DNA from: Eledone cirrhosa
Taxonomy: Eukaryota
NCBI GenBank assembly: GCA_964016885.1
Contig: OZ024744.1
Span: 68,696,001-68,760,000, forward strand
Direction of reading: 5' to 3'
Length of the DNA: 64,000 bases
Position 1 is the first letter of the stretch. Every line of letters starts with the position of its first letter. This document shows, in pieces, positions 25,138 through 38,255 of this stretch. A model generated the notes under the pieces. That model was not told the origin of the DNA and searched no databases. It saw nothing but the letters and a program-made list of their open reading frames with translations. A program made the translations under genes and the position numbers.

Positions 25138-26845
25138 TTGAATACAGATGCCTCTTATATAATGCATGAATTAGGCATTGAAAATAGGACACAACCCTTC
25201 ATGCCAAGGAAACCTAAAATTAATATGAAGGACCACAAAAGGAACTTTGAAACTGAATTACCAGTCAGCTTAATTGCACCATCTAAATCGGACCTTGGCA
25301 TATTTAGCAAGAATATTTTAGACAGAATAATACCACAAATTAAGGAATTATCTTATTTAAAATTATGGAAAGGAACTAATGAAGTTATCGAATGGTTTAA
25401 GGAAATTAAATATAACTATAATAATAAGTTTATTCAATTGGATATTGCTAATTATTACTCATACATCACTCCTAATCTACTTAATAAAGCACTAACTTAT
25501 GCATTTAAACATACAGACTTAACTAGTAATGAAATGCACATTATCTTAACGGCACGGAAAACATTAATAGAATTTAACAACCAACTCTGGACTAGAGCAG
25601 ATAGAAACAATAATTTCGATATCACTATGGGATCATCTGATTCCGCTCAGGTAACGGATCTTGTGGGCCTTTTTATAAATAATTCTCTACATAGGAAAAT
25701 ACCTGAGATGACCGGAGGTTTATATCGTGACGACATGCTATTACTTATCGAAAATAATAATTGTGAATTAAATAGGAAAAGAAAAGAAATTATACAATTT
25801 TTTAATTACCTTAATCTAAAAGTAGAAATAGAGAATAACCATAAAATAATTAATTTTCTAGATGTAACCTTAGACCTTAACACATATGTTCATTATCCAT
25901 TTCACAAACTAAACGAGAACTTAAACTACGTTAATTTTAACTCTAATCACCCCCAGATCCGTTAAAAATACTATAGTGAATTCTGTACAGCAACGCATTT
26001 CAGCTAATAAGAATATATTTGATGATAAAGCACATTAGCGTTAGGTAGAGCTGGATATAGAATTAAAATTAAATACATTGATAATAATAATAATATAACA
26101 ACTAACCATAATCTTAACAATTTTAACAACTATAATAGAAAACCTTACAATAATTCGGAAAACAAAAAAAGAAATAGAACTAGGAATATATTATGGTTCG
26201 CTCCTCCTTTCTCAAATATTAAAACTCCTATTGCTAAACTATTCTTTAAAGCTCTTGACAAATGCTTCCCTAGAACACATAGATATTACTCAATATTTAA
26301 TAGACATACTATAAAATTAACTTATTCATCCACAAAAAATTTAGCGCAGAATATTAATAGAATTAATAATAGAAATTTAAAACCTAACCAAAATACTACT
26401 AATAACCCCAGCAATATCCAATTTGATAAATGTAACTGTAGAAATAAATCTAACTGTCCGTTAAATAACAATTGCTTAGCTAAAAATGTAATATATAATT
26501 GTAATGTAAAAACTAATTTAAATTCATTTAGGATCTACTTCCATAGATTTTAAATCTCGTTTTAATAACCATAAAAGCTCTTTTACGCATTTAAACAAAA
26601 AATCTTCAACTTCTCTATCTAGCTTATTATGGGACCTTAAATTAAAGAACGTTAAATATTCGTTACTTTGGAATATTATTTCAAAAGCTACTCCTTTTAA
26701 CTCCTCTTCAGAAAATTATGATCTTTGTATAGAGGAAATATTCTTTATATTAAAAAGCAAAAATTCCCTGAACATAAGGAGCAATCTTTTCAGTTGCTGC
26801 AGACATAGATTGAATTCAACGTTTAAATATAAATTTAAAATGTAA
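25138..26845 (+). pseudogene. PLE RT + Cys linker + GIY-YIG endonuclease, frameshifted after about 25960 (possibly Nematis-like; clade uncertain)
   Basis: FIQLDIANYY, FDITMGSSDSA, GGLYRDD and INFLDVTLDL. Downstream by manual translation: KCNCRNKSNCPLNNNCLAKNVIY, GSTS..FKSRFNNHKSSF, DLCIEE and CCRHR. Confidence 0.9.
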
Positions 26846-27570
26846 TATATAATTAATTCTATTAAATATATTGAACCTATCGATAAATCATTAGATTCCT
26901 TCATTTGACTACTTAAAACTCTCAAATATAAAAAAAAAAATTTCATAGAAAATTTTCTAGATAAACATACTGAAAGCTCTTAAAAGGGGAAAATATTTTC
27001 TTTGAAAGTTTCTCCTATTTTTGAAAGTTTCTCTTTTGAGAGTTTCTCTTTCTTTTTCTTTGAAAATTTCCCATATGGTTATAAAAATTAAGTTAAACAT
27101 ACTGAGAGTTAAATATTTTATATAAAAAAATTTAAATTTTTATACTGAATTTTTAGACATACTCTTATTTTAAAATTATATCTTAAAATATTTTTTTATA
27201 TTTTTTAAAATTATATTGCCTTAAAGTTATATTGCTTATAATTGTAAGAATATATTTCCAAATCGTAATTCCTTTTAAAACTATAATTCCTTTTTATTTT
27301 ATTTTATATATTATGTACTTTAATTATACTATGGACTTTATATTTATCTCTCTCTATATATATATATATATGATGCATGTCTACCGATATGTGTATATAT
27401 GTGTATGTGTATCTATGTGGGGGTTGTGTATATGTATATATGCATACAATTCGAATGCACTCGGTTATAAGGGATTTCTTACGGTTTATGATAAACAAAC
27501 TTATATAATAACAGTCACAACTACATAACAGGTGGATTTATTAGATATAAAATTTATAAAATTTATTAAA

Positions 27571-27870
27571 TAATTGTTTCTACTTTAGGCACAAGGCCAG
27601 CAATTACCCAGTGCATTACTGGTACTTTATTTTATCGACCCCGTAAAGATGAAAGGCAAAGTTAACCTCGGCGGGATTTGAACTCAGAATGGAAAGGGCC
27701 GTAACTCTATCCTGCAAAGGTTTGTATAATAATTGTTTCTACCTTTGGCAAAAGGCCAGCAATTACCCAGAACATTACTGGTACTTTATTATATCGACCC
27801 CATATGGATGAAAGGCAAAGTTAACCTCGGCAGGATTTGAACTCAGATTGTAAAGGGACGTAACTCTATG
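27571..27870 (-). mobile_element. Two tandem tRNA-derived SINE fragments inserted in the PLE 3' region
   Basis: Reverse complement of the SINE at 41933. B-box gagttcaaatcc on the minus strand. Confidence 0.8.
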
Positions 27871-28920
27871 CTTTTGTATAATCTTAAATTTCCTTTATTA
27901 TCTTAACATTTATAACATTTAATATAAGTAAATAACTTAATTTCCTTCACGCTGTTTTGCTATTACATAGAAATGATTTTCTCCAGTTTTTTCTCCGTTT
28001 TCTCAGAAAAATCTATAAGTTTAGAAAAATTCCTATTTCTTAAACATAAAAATTCCTTTATTGTATATATGTATATGTATGTGTAAGTATATATATATAT
28101 ATATATATATTTATATGTATATATATATATGTATGTGTGCGTATGTATATATATGAATATATTCTTTTAATAATATATAGATTTTTTAATAATATATAGA
28201 TCTCAATTTTAATGTATAGATTTCAATAATTTAATTGATAATTTAATTGATAAACTAAACATTTAATCATATTTAAACACTGGTTAAAATTCTCCAGTTA
28301 TTATTATTTATTTATTTTCTATTCACGCTTATTTACTCTTCTTTACTCATCCAATAAATATTTATTTTTTCACTTCATCTTAAAAGTTACGCTAATACAA
28401 CAACCTATCACTTAGAGCTTTCTCTTTCTTTTTCTCTTTCTCTTTTTCTCTTTTCTTTTTTTTCTACTCTTTCGCTTTCTCTTTTTCTTGTTTTCTTATT
28501 TTCCTCTTAGTGTTTGCTCTTTTTTCTCTTTTTTCTCTTTCTTTTCTTTCCCTTTCTCCATACCCGAACGGCTTATTTTAAATCTACTGTGATTTAAACA
28601 TATCTGACACTAATTTGCATAATAGAATAAATAAATTTATAACCCCACTATCCGGGAGCTTCCAACAGAACTTGTCGCATTTTTTAAGGGTATGTCAATA
28701 TTTATTTATAAAACTGATCTATATTATATTTTATATGATGAAAGCACACCATAATTTAATTTGGTGTCCTTGAAATATATATAATGAAATAAGTATGGTT
28801 TCATAAATATAGTTTCCATTTGTCAATATATCGTATTTTTACTCCAATAATTTGTTGAGTGCTTTATATCAGTTATAAAAATATTTGCTTGTTGTATCCC
28901 AACAATTTAAATAGAACTTC

Positions 28921-28969
<49 letters not shown>

Positions 28970-29080
28970 ATACACATTGAGAAACGCTTGTCATCGTCTT
29001 TTCTCCAAAAACATAACGGCTAGGGGGTGAGAGAGGAATTTTTACTGCTCTTTCTAGCTCATTAGTATTCTTTTCTATAA

Positions 29081-30387
29081 TCTAAACAATAAGAGCTATG
29101 TCTGTCTGTCCGCCTGTCTGTCTGTCTGTCCGTCTGTCTGTCTGTCAGTCTATCTGTCTGTCCGTCTGTCTGTCTGTCCCTCTGTCTGTCCGTCTGTCCG
29201 TCTGTTCGTCTGTCTGTCCGTCTGTCCGTCTGTTCGTCACTCTATCTGTATTTAGAGAGGGAAATATTATTATACCTCTCACTCACTTCACCAAAGCTTT
29301 TCCCCCGGGGTTTTTCGTGTGTTTTCAACTAATATGACCTCCGGGCTCACAATCACCTTTTTTCGAAAACGGAATGGGAGGGGGAGGGCCTTGGGATTTT
29401 GCCAGCCTCGAATATTTCATCAGTGGGAATAACAGAAGCGGGAAGGAAAGGGGACTCTCAGAGTTACAGATAAGTCGTTTAAATTTACAGGCGAGCTACT
29501 GAAGGATGTTTTGATCCTTCATCTGAAGGATGTTTTGATCCTTCATCATTTTCTACTGTTGAGGAAAGCGCTGTAAACGTAATTCATCAAGTGTTCCCTA
29601 ATTTCGAAATCCACCATTCCAACGAGGAGTGGCTGGCAGAAAGAGCAATTATTGTCCCACAAAACATCACAGTGAATGCCATCAAGAAAAATTTCTCACA
29701 AATGATTCCTGGAGGTAGCAGCCAGACCTATAAATCTGTCAAGAAAGTTGTTGACGAGAACGACACTATTCATTGTCCTATTGAATTTCTCAACAGTCTG
29801 GAACCACCCCTTATGCTCCATATAGCCTTGGATTGAAGAAAAAGAGGACAGTCACCGTGCTTCTCAGATACCTGGATCAACCATAATTGTGCAATGAGAC
29901 GCGTATGATTATGAATGAACTGCAGCCTCACCTTATCGAATCTCAAATCCTTAATGGATGTGATAAGGGAGTCATTGAATTTATACCTATATGATGTCCA
30001 TTTTTGTTTAAAACTACTGCAATCCTCAATGAGAGTCAGTTACGCAAAGACCATTAACAAATCCCAATATCCAACACTGCAGATTGTCGGTCTCCATCTA
30101 GAAGTTGGCTGTTTTTGACATGATCAATGTATGTAGGATAATCCGGCCCAAAGAAAAAGTTGTTTATACTGAAGTTCTGTAAAGGTTTTTATAATTTTCG
30201 TAGAAGGCATTTTTCTATTATTTTCTTTATTAATTTCTGTATATAAATATTCTAAATACATTCTTAACATATCTTATTTTAAGGAGAATTAACATTACGA
30301 TATACTAGAGATACCAGATATACCAGAGATGCCTTATGAATATTTTGAGCACAGTAGAGACCGAGGTGAACGTCGGGAGGTCACTAG
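29081..30387 (+). mobile_element. Non-autonomous Helitron with PIF1 C-terminal remnant
   Basis: A|TCTAAAC 5' end, (GTCT/GTCC)n, remnant EWLAERAIIVPQN..PIEFLNSLEPP..SYAKTINKSQ, and 3' hairpin ccgaggtgaacgtcgg followed by CTAG|T. Confidence 0.85.
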
Positions 30388-31058
30388 TTTCTATATTAAA
30401 TAAAGATTTTTATTGAGTACCCTTTTTTAAATGTTGTCACTTCCCGGCACTTTTCAGGGTGTGTATAAACATACACACACACACACATACATACGCACGC
30501 ACATATGCATATGTATATGTACGTATATATATATATGTATATATTTATATATATATATGTATATGTACACATAAATATTTACATATATATTCACACGCAC
30601 ACACACACATACATACAGACATACAGACATACATACATACAATTTCTTTTCTTTTACAACCTTGCCACCAGGAAGGTGGCCAGTCAGAAATGTACTCGAA
30701 ATTAAGAGAAAGGGAAACATACATACACGCATACATACATAAAGGCCCATCAGCGAGTTACTTTGCGAGCGATCAATCAGTTGAAAACGACAGCCACATA
30801 TTTCAGAGATCACAACCTCCAGTATTTTAAATAAACAATAAACAACCAAATTGAACATGTTTCATGTTATAGCAAATAATATGACGGCCACAATAAATAG
30901 GTTGTTGATCACTGGTCAACTCGACCAGCTTTGAACTATATTTAAACGACAATAAGCACTAGTTTCATGATTTCGATCCTCATATGTGTATATATATGTC
31001 TATATATAAGTGCCGTACTAAGAGTGAGAAATGAAATTTCGTTTCATTCTATTCCATT

Positions 31059-31351
<293 letters not shown>

Positions 31352-31369
31352 GTATATATATATATATAC

Positions 31370-31757
31370 ATTTAAAAGAATAGAGGTGTAACACACGAGT
31401 TATGATATATTGGTAAAAGGAAAAGAAAATGCTGACAAATTGTTCCCAGTGAAAAATAGTTTAATTAGGAATAAGTAAAAAATAGTAATAAGTATTGGTT
31501 AGTATTCAGTTTTGGTTTTAAGTTTTACCGGTTGCGCATTTCTAATGCTTTAATAAAATAATTTTGAGATAGAGCGCTCGTGATGTTTGACGGGCGCTCT
31601 ATCTCAAAATTATTTTTGAAAAGCATTAGAAATGCGCAACCGGTAAAACTTAAAACCAAAACTGAATACTAACCAATACTTATTACTAATTTTTACTTAT
31701 TCCTAATTAAACTATTTTTCACTGGGAACAATTTGTCAGCATTTTCTTTTCCTTTTA

Positions 31758-31761
<4 letters not shown>
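31370..31761. mobile_element. Fold-back element: about 350-bp palindrome (31410-31761) plus about 35-nt one-sided tail, in (TA)n
   Basis: Arms of about 170 bp, near-perfect, with a short loop at about 31585. Confidence 0.75.
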
Positions 31762-31810
<49 letters not shown>

Positions 31811-31812
<2 letters not shown>

Positions 31813-32001
31813 CGAAGGAAATGTGGTAAGGAACCAAGTGGACCATAACGCACCAAAATACTCAATACTTAGGGTAATAGAGTGGGTAATAGGAACGAGT
31901 GCGCACCCCGACGGCTGAGCTCAAGCCGTTTCGACGGCTAATTCTAGTCCAGAATTAGCCGTCGAAACGGCCTGAGCTCAGCCGTCGGGTTCCTACTTGT
32001 T

Positions 32002-32006
<5 letters not shown>
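31811..32006. mobile_element. Fold-back element: about 78-nt tail plus about 118-bp hairpin (second copy at 38667-38862)
   Basis: Two dispersed copies with the same structure, both in (TA)n. Confidence 0.8.
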
Positions 32007-32038
<32 letters not shown>

Positions 32039-32108
32039 GAGGATCGAAAACATGAAACTAGTGCTTATTGTCGTTTAAATATAGCTCAAAGCTAGTCGAG
32101 TTGACCAG

Positions 32109-32165
<57 letters not shown>

Positions 32166-32194
32166 TGTATATATATATATGTATATATATATTT

Positions 32195-32256
<62 letters not shown>

Positions 32257-32483
32257 GCACGTGCTCAAGTATAGCTCTTTTTAAAGAACGTTTTTTTTTT
32301 TTCCATTTCAGGTAGACGCGCTCCATCACCCACTTTTCTAAAAAAAACAAATCATACAGAAAACGCCAGCACCAACAGTTTTGCAAGAGATGTCAACATG
32401 ATTGGACCTGTTATTTTTATCTAAAGACATTGTTTCCAATTCCAACCCACTCGTCCCCTCAATCTATTTTATTTCTCATTCTT

Positions 32484-32519
32484 TCTTCTGATGAAAGACA
32501 AGCTTCCGAAACGTTAAGA
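32484..32519 (+). ncRNA. Minimal type I HHR motif (family b) with weak stem II
   Basis: tctt CTGATGA aagacaagcttcc GAAA cg TT aaga. Confidence 0.55.
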
Positions 32520-32655
32520 CCATCTTCCTGCGTTAACCTAATATATACCTTCCATATACTGTACCGTTTGTGTTGTTATTTCTGTTTGCCTTTTACATAC
32601 ATATATATACACACACACACACAAATGTATATATATATATATATATACATATATA

Positions 32656-33460
32656 TCGTTTCTGAATTTGTTTAGCAAGATTCTTTATCTGAAAAAGTGT
32701 GTGGAAACCGATATTGTTATACTTTTGGAGGGTCATGTTGCCAATAGGAAACACACGCACCAGTTGCTTTCACTCCAATTTATTACAAATTAAATTTTAA
32801 AAAATTTAAGAAATTTGTAAATTTCCGGTTGACTGGTTGGTTCCACAACCGGACGGTTGTTCATCTACTGTCAAAGGTCTTTCGTCACGCATTCTGTGAC
32901 CTCTTCAGTGACTGGGGATTCTTTTCTTTGTTTTGTGTCTCTCCTTTGTTTTGTCCTACGCCATCTTGTTTTTGTGTGTGTTGTGTGCTTAGTTTGCGCA
33001 TGTGTTACATCCGGGTGTCTGTGTTTGTTTTTATTTGTTTATTTATTTGTTTATTTACATGGTACTAGTTGGTTGTTTGTTCTATGTGTGTGTGTTTTCA
33101 TTTTGTCCTTAATTGTAAGTTGTGATGTTGCTATTTCATTCATGTTTTTTAATAAAAACACACACAGACACCCGGATGTAACACATGCGCAAACTAAGCA
33201 CACACCACACACAAAGACAAGATGACGTAGGACAGAACAAAGGAGAGGCACAAAACAAAGAAAAGAATCCCCAGTCACTGAAGAGGTCACTGAATGTGTG
33301 ACGAAAGAACTTTGACTATATATGAACAACCGTCCGGTTGTGGTACCAACCAACCGGAAATTTACAAATTTCTTAAATTTATAAATTTTATTTATGATAA
33401 ATTGGAGTGAAAGCAACTGGTGCGTGAGATCTCATGTGTAACATGACCCTCCCAAAGTAT

Positions 33461-33468
<8 letters not shown>
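32656..33468. mobile_element. PLE-derived fold-back: arms 32711-33025 / 33160-33468, with tail on the left
   Basis: Diverged inverted arms, each with an HHR. The terminus gaccctcccaaagtataacaatat resembles the 33890 and 39283 elements. Confidence 0.82.
33273..33317 (+). ncRNA. Type I HHR (family c). Mirror copy at 32869-32913 (-)
   Basis: agtca CTGAAGA g gtcac tgaatgt gtgac GAAA gaac TT tgact. Confidence 0.75.
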
Positions 33469-33558
<90 letters not shown>

Positions 33559-33774
33559 GATAACAAATTATCGTTATAGCTAATCCAGTTTGAGGTTGTG
33601 AATACTCCGTATTGGGGATGGTTTTAGCGTACGGCGTTGTTTGACTCAACAAGAGGTTTCCTTAGGTAGCGAGTTTGTGAATTCTCAGGAATCCTATGCA
33701 AGTTAATCTTGGAGTAATAATAGTTAAAGAGTGAAGAATAACATGGTCAACAGTACAAAAAGGCTTTTAGTTAC

Positions 33775-33882
33775 AGTATTAACAATTGTTTCATTGATTA
33801 AGTTGTCTAAAAATTGCTAAACACTTGAAGTTGTGTCACTCAATTTTAAATACAATGTATGCTTAACCAAATCATCAGAAAA
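33775..33882 (-). ncRNA. Type I HHR with long stem II (family d). The stem I 5' strand appears lost at the junction with the next element
   Basis: Minus strand reads CTGATGA t ttggttaag..(about 60 nt)..cttaatcaa t GAAA caattg TT aatac. Confidence 0.65.
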
Positions 33883-33889
33883 AAAAAAT

Positions 33890-34515
33890 ATATTGTTATA
33901 CTTGGGGAGGGTCATATTGTTGTAATAATATTTCCAGAAATAATAACAAAACACACTCACTGTTTGGTTGGTTTTCGCTTCTCTATCTTTTATATCTCCA
34001 TAGCTAATTTATTTGGTAATCAATGCTTATCATTGATTGACCAACGGTCAAAAATACAGATATAAATACATATATAGTCTAACAAAGTTCTTTCGCTGCA
34101 CATCTGCAACATCAGCAGTGGTACTATTGTGTTTTCTCCTGTTGTATTGTATGTCTACATACAATACAACATATGATGTAGACATACAATACAACAGGAG
34201 GAAACATAATGGTACAACTGATGATGTTGCAGATGTGCAACGAAAGAACTTTGTTAGATATATGTATTTCGTTAGATATACGTATTTATAGGTGTATTTT
34301 TGACCGTTGGTCAGTCAATGATAAACAATGATCGCCGAATTAATTAACTATGGAGATATAAAAGATACAGAAGCGAAAACCAACCAAACTGTGAGTGTGT
34401 TCTGTTATTATTTCTGGCAATATTATTACAACAATATGACCCTCCCCAAGTATAACAATATCTGTATCGACACACGACTTCCTATCAAAAACCTCGCAAA
34501 ACAAATTCATCGCCG

Positions 34516-34517
<2 letters not shown>
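33890..34517. mobile_element. PLE pLTR fold-back (33890-34461) with tail on the right (34462-34517)
   Basis: Inverted arms of about 270-285 bp, homologous to the pLTR of the 39283-41454 element. Confidence 0.85.
34213..34255 (+). ncRNA. Type I HHR (family e). The mirror copy at about 34081-34122 (-) has a mutated core
   Basis: aca a CTGATGA t gttgca gatg tgcaac GAAA gaac TT tgt. Confidence 0.7.
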
Positions 34518-34593
<76 letters not shown>

Positions 34594-34660
34594 GACGTAA
34601 AATAAGAAAATATTTTTTTAAAAAAATTTAAAAAAAAATTTTTTTCTTACTTAAATTTTC

Positions 34661-37533
34661 ACTCCAACTAATTAGTTTCTGCAATGGGATAAAGACAGTT
34701 ACGTAATCCAACTGTCGAGAATTCATTGCGTCATCAGGGAGTCTATTCTCAGTTAAGTCTCCAGGCAATGCGCGGACACTGGCGGCTCATATAAAAATAA
34801 TAATAATTCGGTAGATCGAACAGCTTGCGAGGACTGGATTCTATGTACCGAAATTCTCACTGCTTCAAGTCAAATGGCCGATTCTAAAGAATCAATCACG
34901 TGACACAGAGGCTAGTTAGAAGGAATGGGATGGTAAGATGACTGACGCCTACTAACACCCCAAAAAAAATTTTTTTAGAAGTGGTTTTGACAAGTTTGCT
35001 CGACAAATCAGTGATTTGGAGATAAATATAGATAATTTAATATATCAACTAACATAAGCGCACAGATGCACGCCCATGCCAGCAAATACACAGGTTATGT
35101 CATAGTACCTAGGTGGTTCAATGCAGGAGAATGCAGAACAATAATATAAAGGACGTAAAATAAGAAAATATTTTTTTTTAAAAATTAAAAAAAAAATTTT
35201 TTTCTTACTTAAATTTTCACTCCAACTAATTAGTTTCTGCAATGGGATAAAGACAGTTACGTAATCCAACTGTCGAGAATTCATTGCGTCATCAGGGAGT
35301 CTATTCTCAGTTAAGTCTCCAGGCAATGCGCGGACACTGGCGGCTCATATAAAAATAATAATAATTCGGTAGATCGAACAGCTTGCGAGGACTGGATTCT
35401 ATGTACCGAAATTCTCACTGCTTCAAGTCAAATGGCCGATTCTAAAGAATCAATCACGTGACACAGAGGCTAGTTAGAAGGAATGGGATGGTAAGATGAC
35501 TGACGCCTACTAACACCCCAAAGAAAATTTTTTTAGAAGTGGTTTTGACAAGTTTGCTCGACAAATCAGTGATTTGGAGATAAATATAGATAATTTAATA
35601 TATCAACTAACATAAGCGCACAGATGCACGCCCATGCCAGCAAATACACAGGTTATGTCATAGTACCTAGGTGGTTCAATGCAGGAGAATGCAGAACAAT
35701 AATATAAAGGACGTAAAATAAGAAAATATTTTTTTAAAAAAATTTTTAAAAAAATTTTTTTCTTACTTAAATTTTCACTCCAACTAATTAGTTTCTGCAA
35801 TGGGATAAAGACAGTTACGTAATCCAACTGTCGAGAATTCATTGCGTCATCAGGGAGTCTATTCTCAGTTAAGTCTCCAGGCAATGCGCGGACACTGGCG
35901 GCTCATATAAAAATAATAATAATTCGGTAGATCGAACAGCTTGCGAGGACTGGATTCTATGTACCGAAATTCTCACTGCTTCAAGTCAAATGGCCGATTC
36001 TAAAGAATCAATCACGTGACACAGAGGCTAGTTAGAAGGAATGGGATGGTAAGATGACTGACGCCTACTAACACCCCAAAAAAAATTTTTTAGAAGTGGT
36101 TTTGACAAGTTTGCTCGACAAATCAGTGATTTGGAGATAAATATAGATAATTTAATATATCAACTAACATAAGCGCACAGATGCACGCCCATGCCAGCAA
36201 ATACACAGGTTATGTCATAGTACCTAGGTGGTTCAATGCAGGAGAATGCAGAACAATAATATAAAGGACGTAAAATAAGAAAATATTTTTTTTAAAAAAT
36301 TAAAAAAAAAATTTTTTTCTTACTTAAATTTTCACTCCAACTAATTAGTTTCTGCAATGGGATAAAGACAGTTACGTAATCCAACTGTCGAGAATTCATT
36401 GCGTCATCAGGGAGTCTATTCTCAGTTAAGTCTCCAGGCAATGCGCGGACACTGGCGGCTCATATAAAAATAATAATAATTCGGTAGATCGAACAGCTTG
36501 CGAGGACTGGATTCTATGTACCGAAATTCTCACTGCTTCAAGTCAAATGGCCGATTCTAAAGAATCAATCACGTGACACGGAGGCTAGTTAGAAGGAATG
36601 GGATGGTAAGATGACTGACGCCTACTAACACCCCAAAGAAAATTTTTTTAGAAGTGGTTTTGACAAGTTTGCTCGACAAATCAGTGATTTGGAGATAAAT
36701 ATAGATAATTTAATATATCAACTAACATAAGCGCACAGATGCACGCCCATGCCAGCAAATACACAGGTTATGTCATAGTACCTAGGTGGTTCAATGCAGG
36801 AGAATGCAGAACAATAATATAAAGGACGTAAAATAAGAAAATATTTTTTTAAAAAAATTAAAAAAAAAAAATTTTTTTCTTACTTAAATTTTCACTCCAA
36901 CTAATTAGTTTCTGCAATGGGATAAAGACAGTTACGTAATCCAACTGTCGAGAATTCATTGCGTCATCAGGGAGTCTATTCTCAGTTAAGTCTCCAGGCA
37001 ATGCGCGGACACTGGCGGCTCATATAAAAATAATAATAATTCGGTAGATCGAACAGCTTGCGAGGACTGGATTCTATGTACCGAAATTCTCACTGCTTCA
37101 AGTCAAATGGCCGATTCTAAAGAATCAATCACGTGACACAGAGGCTAGTTAGAAGGAATGGGATGGTAAGATGACTGACGCCTACTAACACCCCAAAAAA
37201 AATTTTTTTAGAAGTGGTTTTGACAAGTTTGCTCGACAAATCAGTGATTTGGAGATAAATATAGATAATTTAATATATCAACTAACATAAGCGCACAGAT
37301 GCACGCCCATGCCAGCAAATACACAGGTTATGTCATAGTACCTAGGTGGTTCAATGCAGGAGAATGCAGAACAATAATATAAAGGACGTAAAATAAGAAA
37401 ATATTTTTTTTAAAAAATTAAAAAAAAAAATTTTTTCTTACTTAAATTTTCACTCCAACTAATTAGTTTCTGCAATGGGATAAAGACAGTTACGTAATCC
37501 AACTGTCGAGAATTCATTGCGTCATCAGGGAGT
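34661..37533 (-). ncRNA. Six tandem type I HHRs (family f) at 34661-34742, 35219-35300, 35777-35858, 36334-36415, 36894-36975 and 37452-37533
   Basis: Reverse complement of the motif at 38174-38255. Confidence 0.82.
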
Positions 37534-38173
37534 CTATTCTCAGTTAAGTCTCCAGGCAATGCGCGGACACTGGCGGCTCATATAAAAATAATAATAATTC
37601 GGTAGATCGAACAGCTTGCGAGGACTGGATTCTATGTACCGAACTACGTAACTGTCTTTATCCCATTGCAGAAACTAATTAGTTGGAGTGAAAATTTAAG
37701 TAAGAAAAAAATTTTTTTTTTTTTTTTTTTATTTTTTTAAAAAAATATTTTCTTATTTTACGTCCTTTATATTATTGTTCTGCATTCTCCTGCATTGAAC
37801 CACCTAGGTACTATGACATAACATGTGTATTTGCTGGCATGGGCGTGCATCTGTGCGCTTATGTTAGTTGATATATTAAATTATCTATATTTATCTCCAA
37901 ATCACTGATTTGTCGAGCAAACTTGTCAAAACCACTTCTAAAAAAATTTTTTTTGGGGTGTTAGTAGGCGTCAGTCATCTTACCATCCCATTCCTTCTAA
38001 CTAGCCTCTGTGTCACGTGATTGATTCTTTAGAATCGGCCATTTGACTTGAAGCAGTGAGAATTTCGGTACATAGAATCCAGTCCTCGCAAGCTGTTCGA
38101 TCTACCGAATTATTATTATTTTTATATGAGCCGCCAGTGTCCGCGCATTGCCTGGAGACTTAACTGAGAATAG

Positions 38174-38255
38174 ACTCCCTGATGACGCAATGAATTCTCG
38201 ACAGTTGGATTACGTAACTGTCTTTATCCCATTGCAGAAACTAATTAGTTGGAGT
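38174..38255 (+). ncRNA. Type I HHR (family f) in the inverted arm
   Basis: actcc CTGATGA c gcaatg..gacagtt ggattacgt aactgtc..cattgc a GAAA ctaattag TT ggagt. Confidence 0.82.

Larger units (their letters stand above)
24809..28922 (+). mobile_element. Penelope-like element, 5'-truncated, with inverted pLTRs (24809-25067 / 28575-28835) and a one-sided tail (28836-28922)
   Basis: About 260-bp inverted repeats, each with an HHR motif, enclose an RT + GIY-YIG pseudogene. (TA)n on both sides. Confidence 0.88.

Noticed and set aside
32030-32075. HHR in the 30912/32030 inverted repeat (atgagga..gaaactagt)
   Set aside because: No convincing stems I and II, and the core is incomplete.
38060-38110. 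Twister-like second ribozyme in the array unit (ccagtcctcgcaagctg)
   Set aside because: Only superficial similarity. Pseudoknot partners and conserved UAA context were not found.
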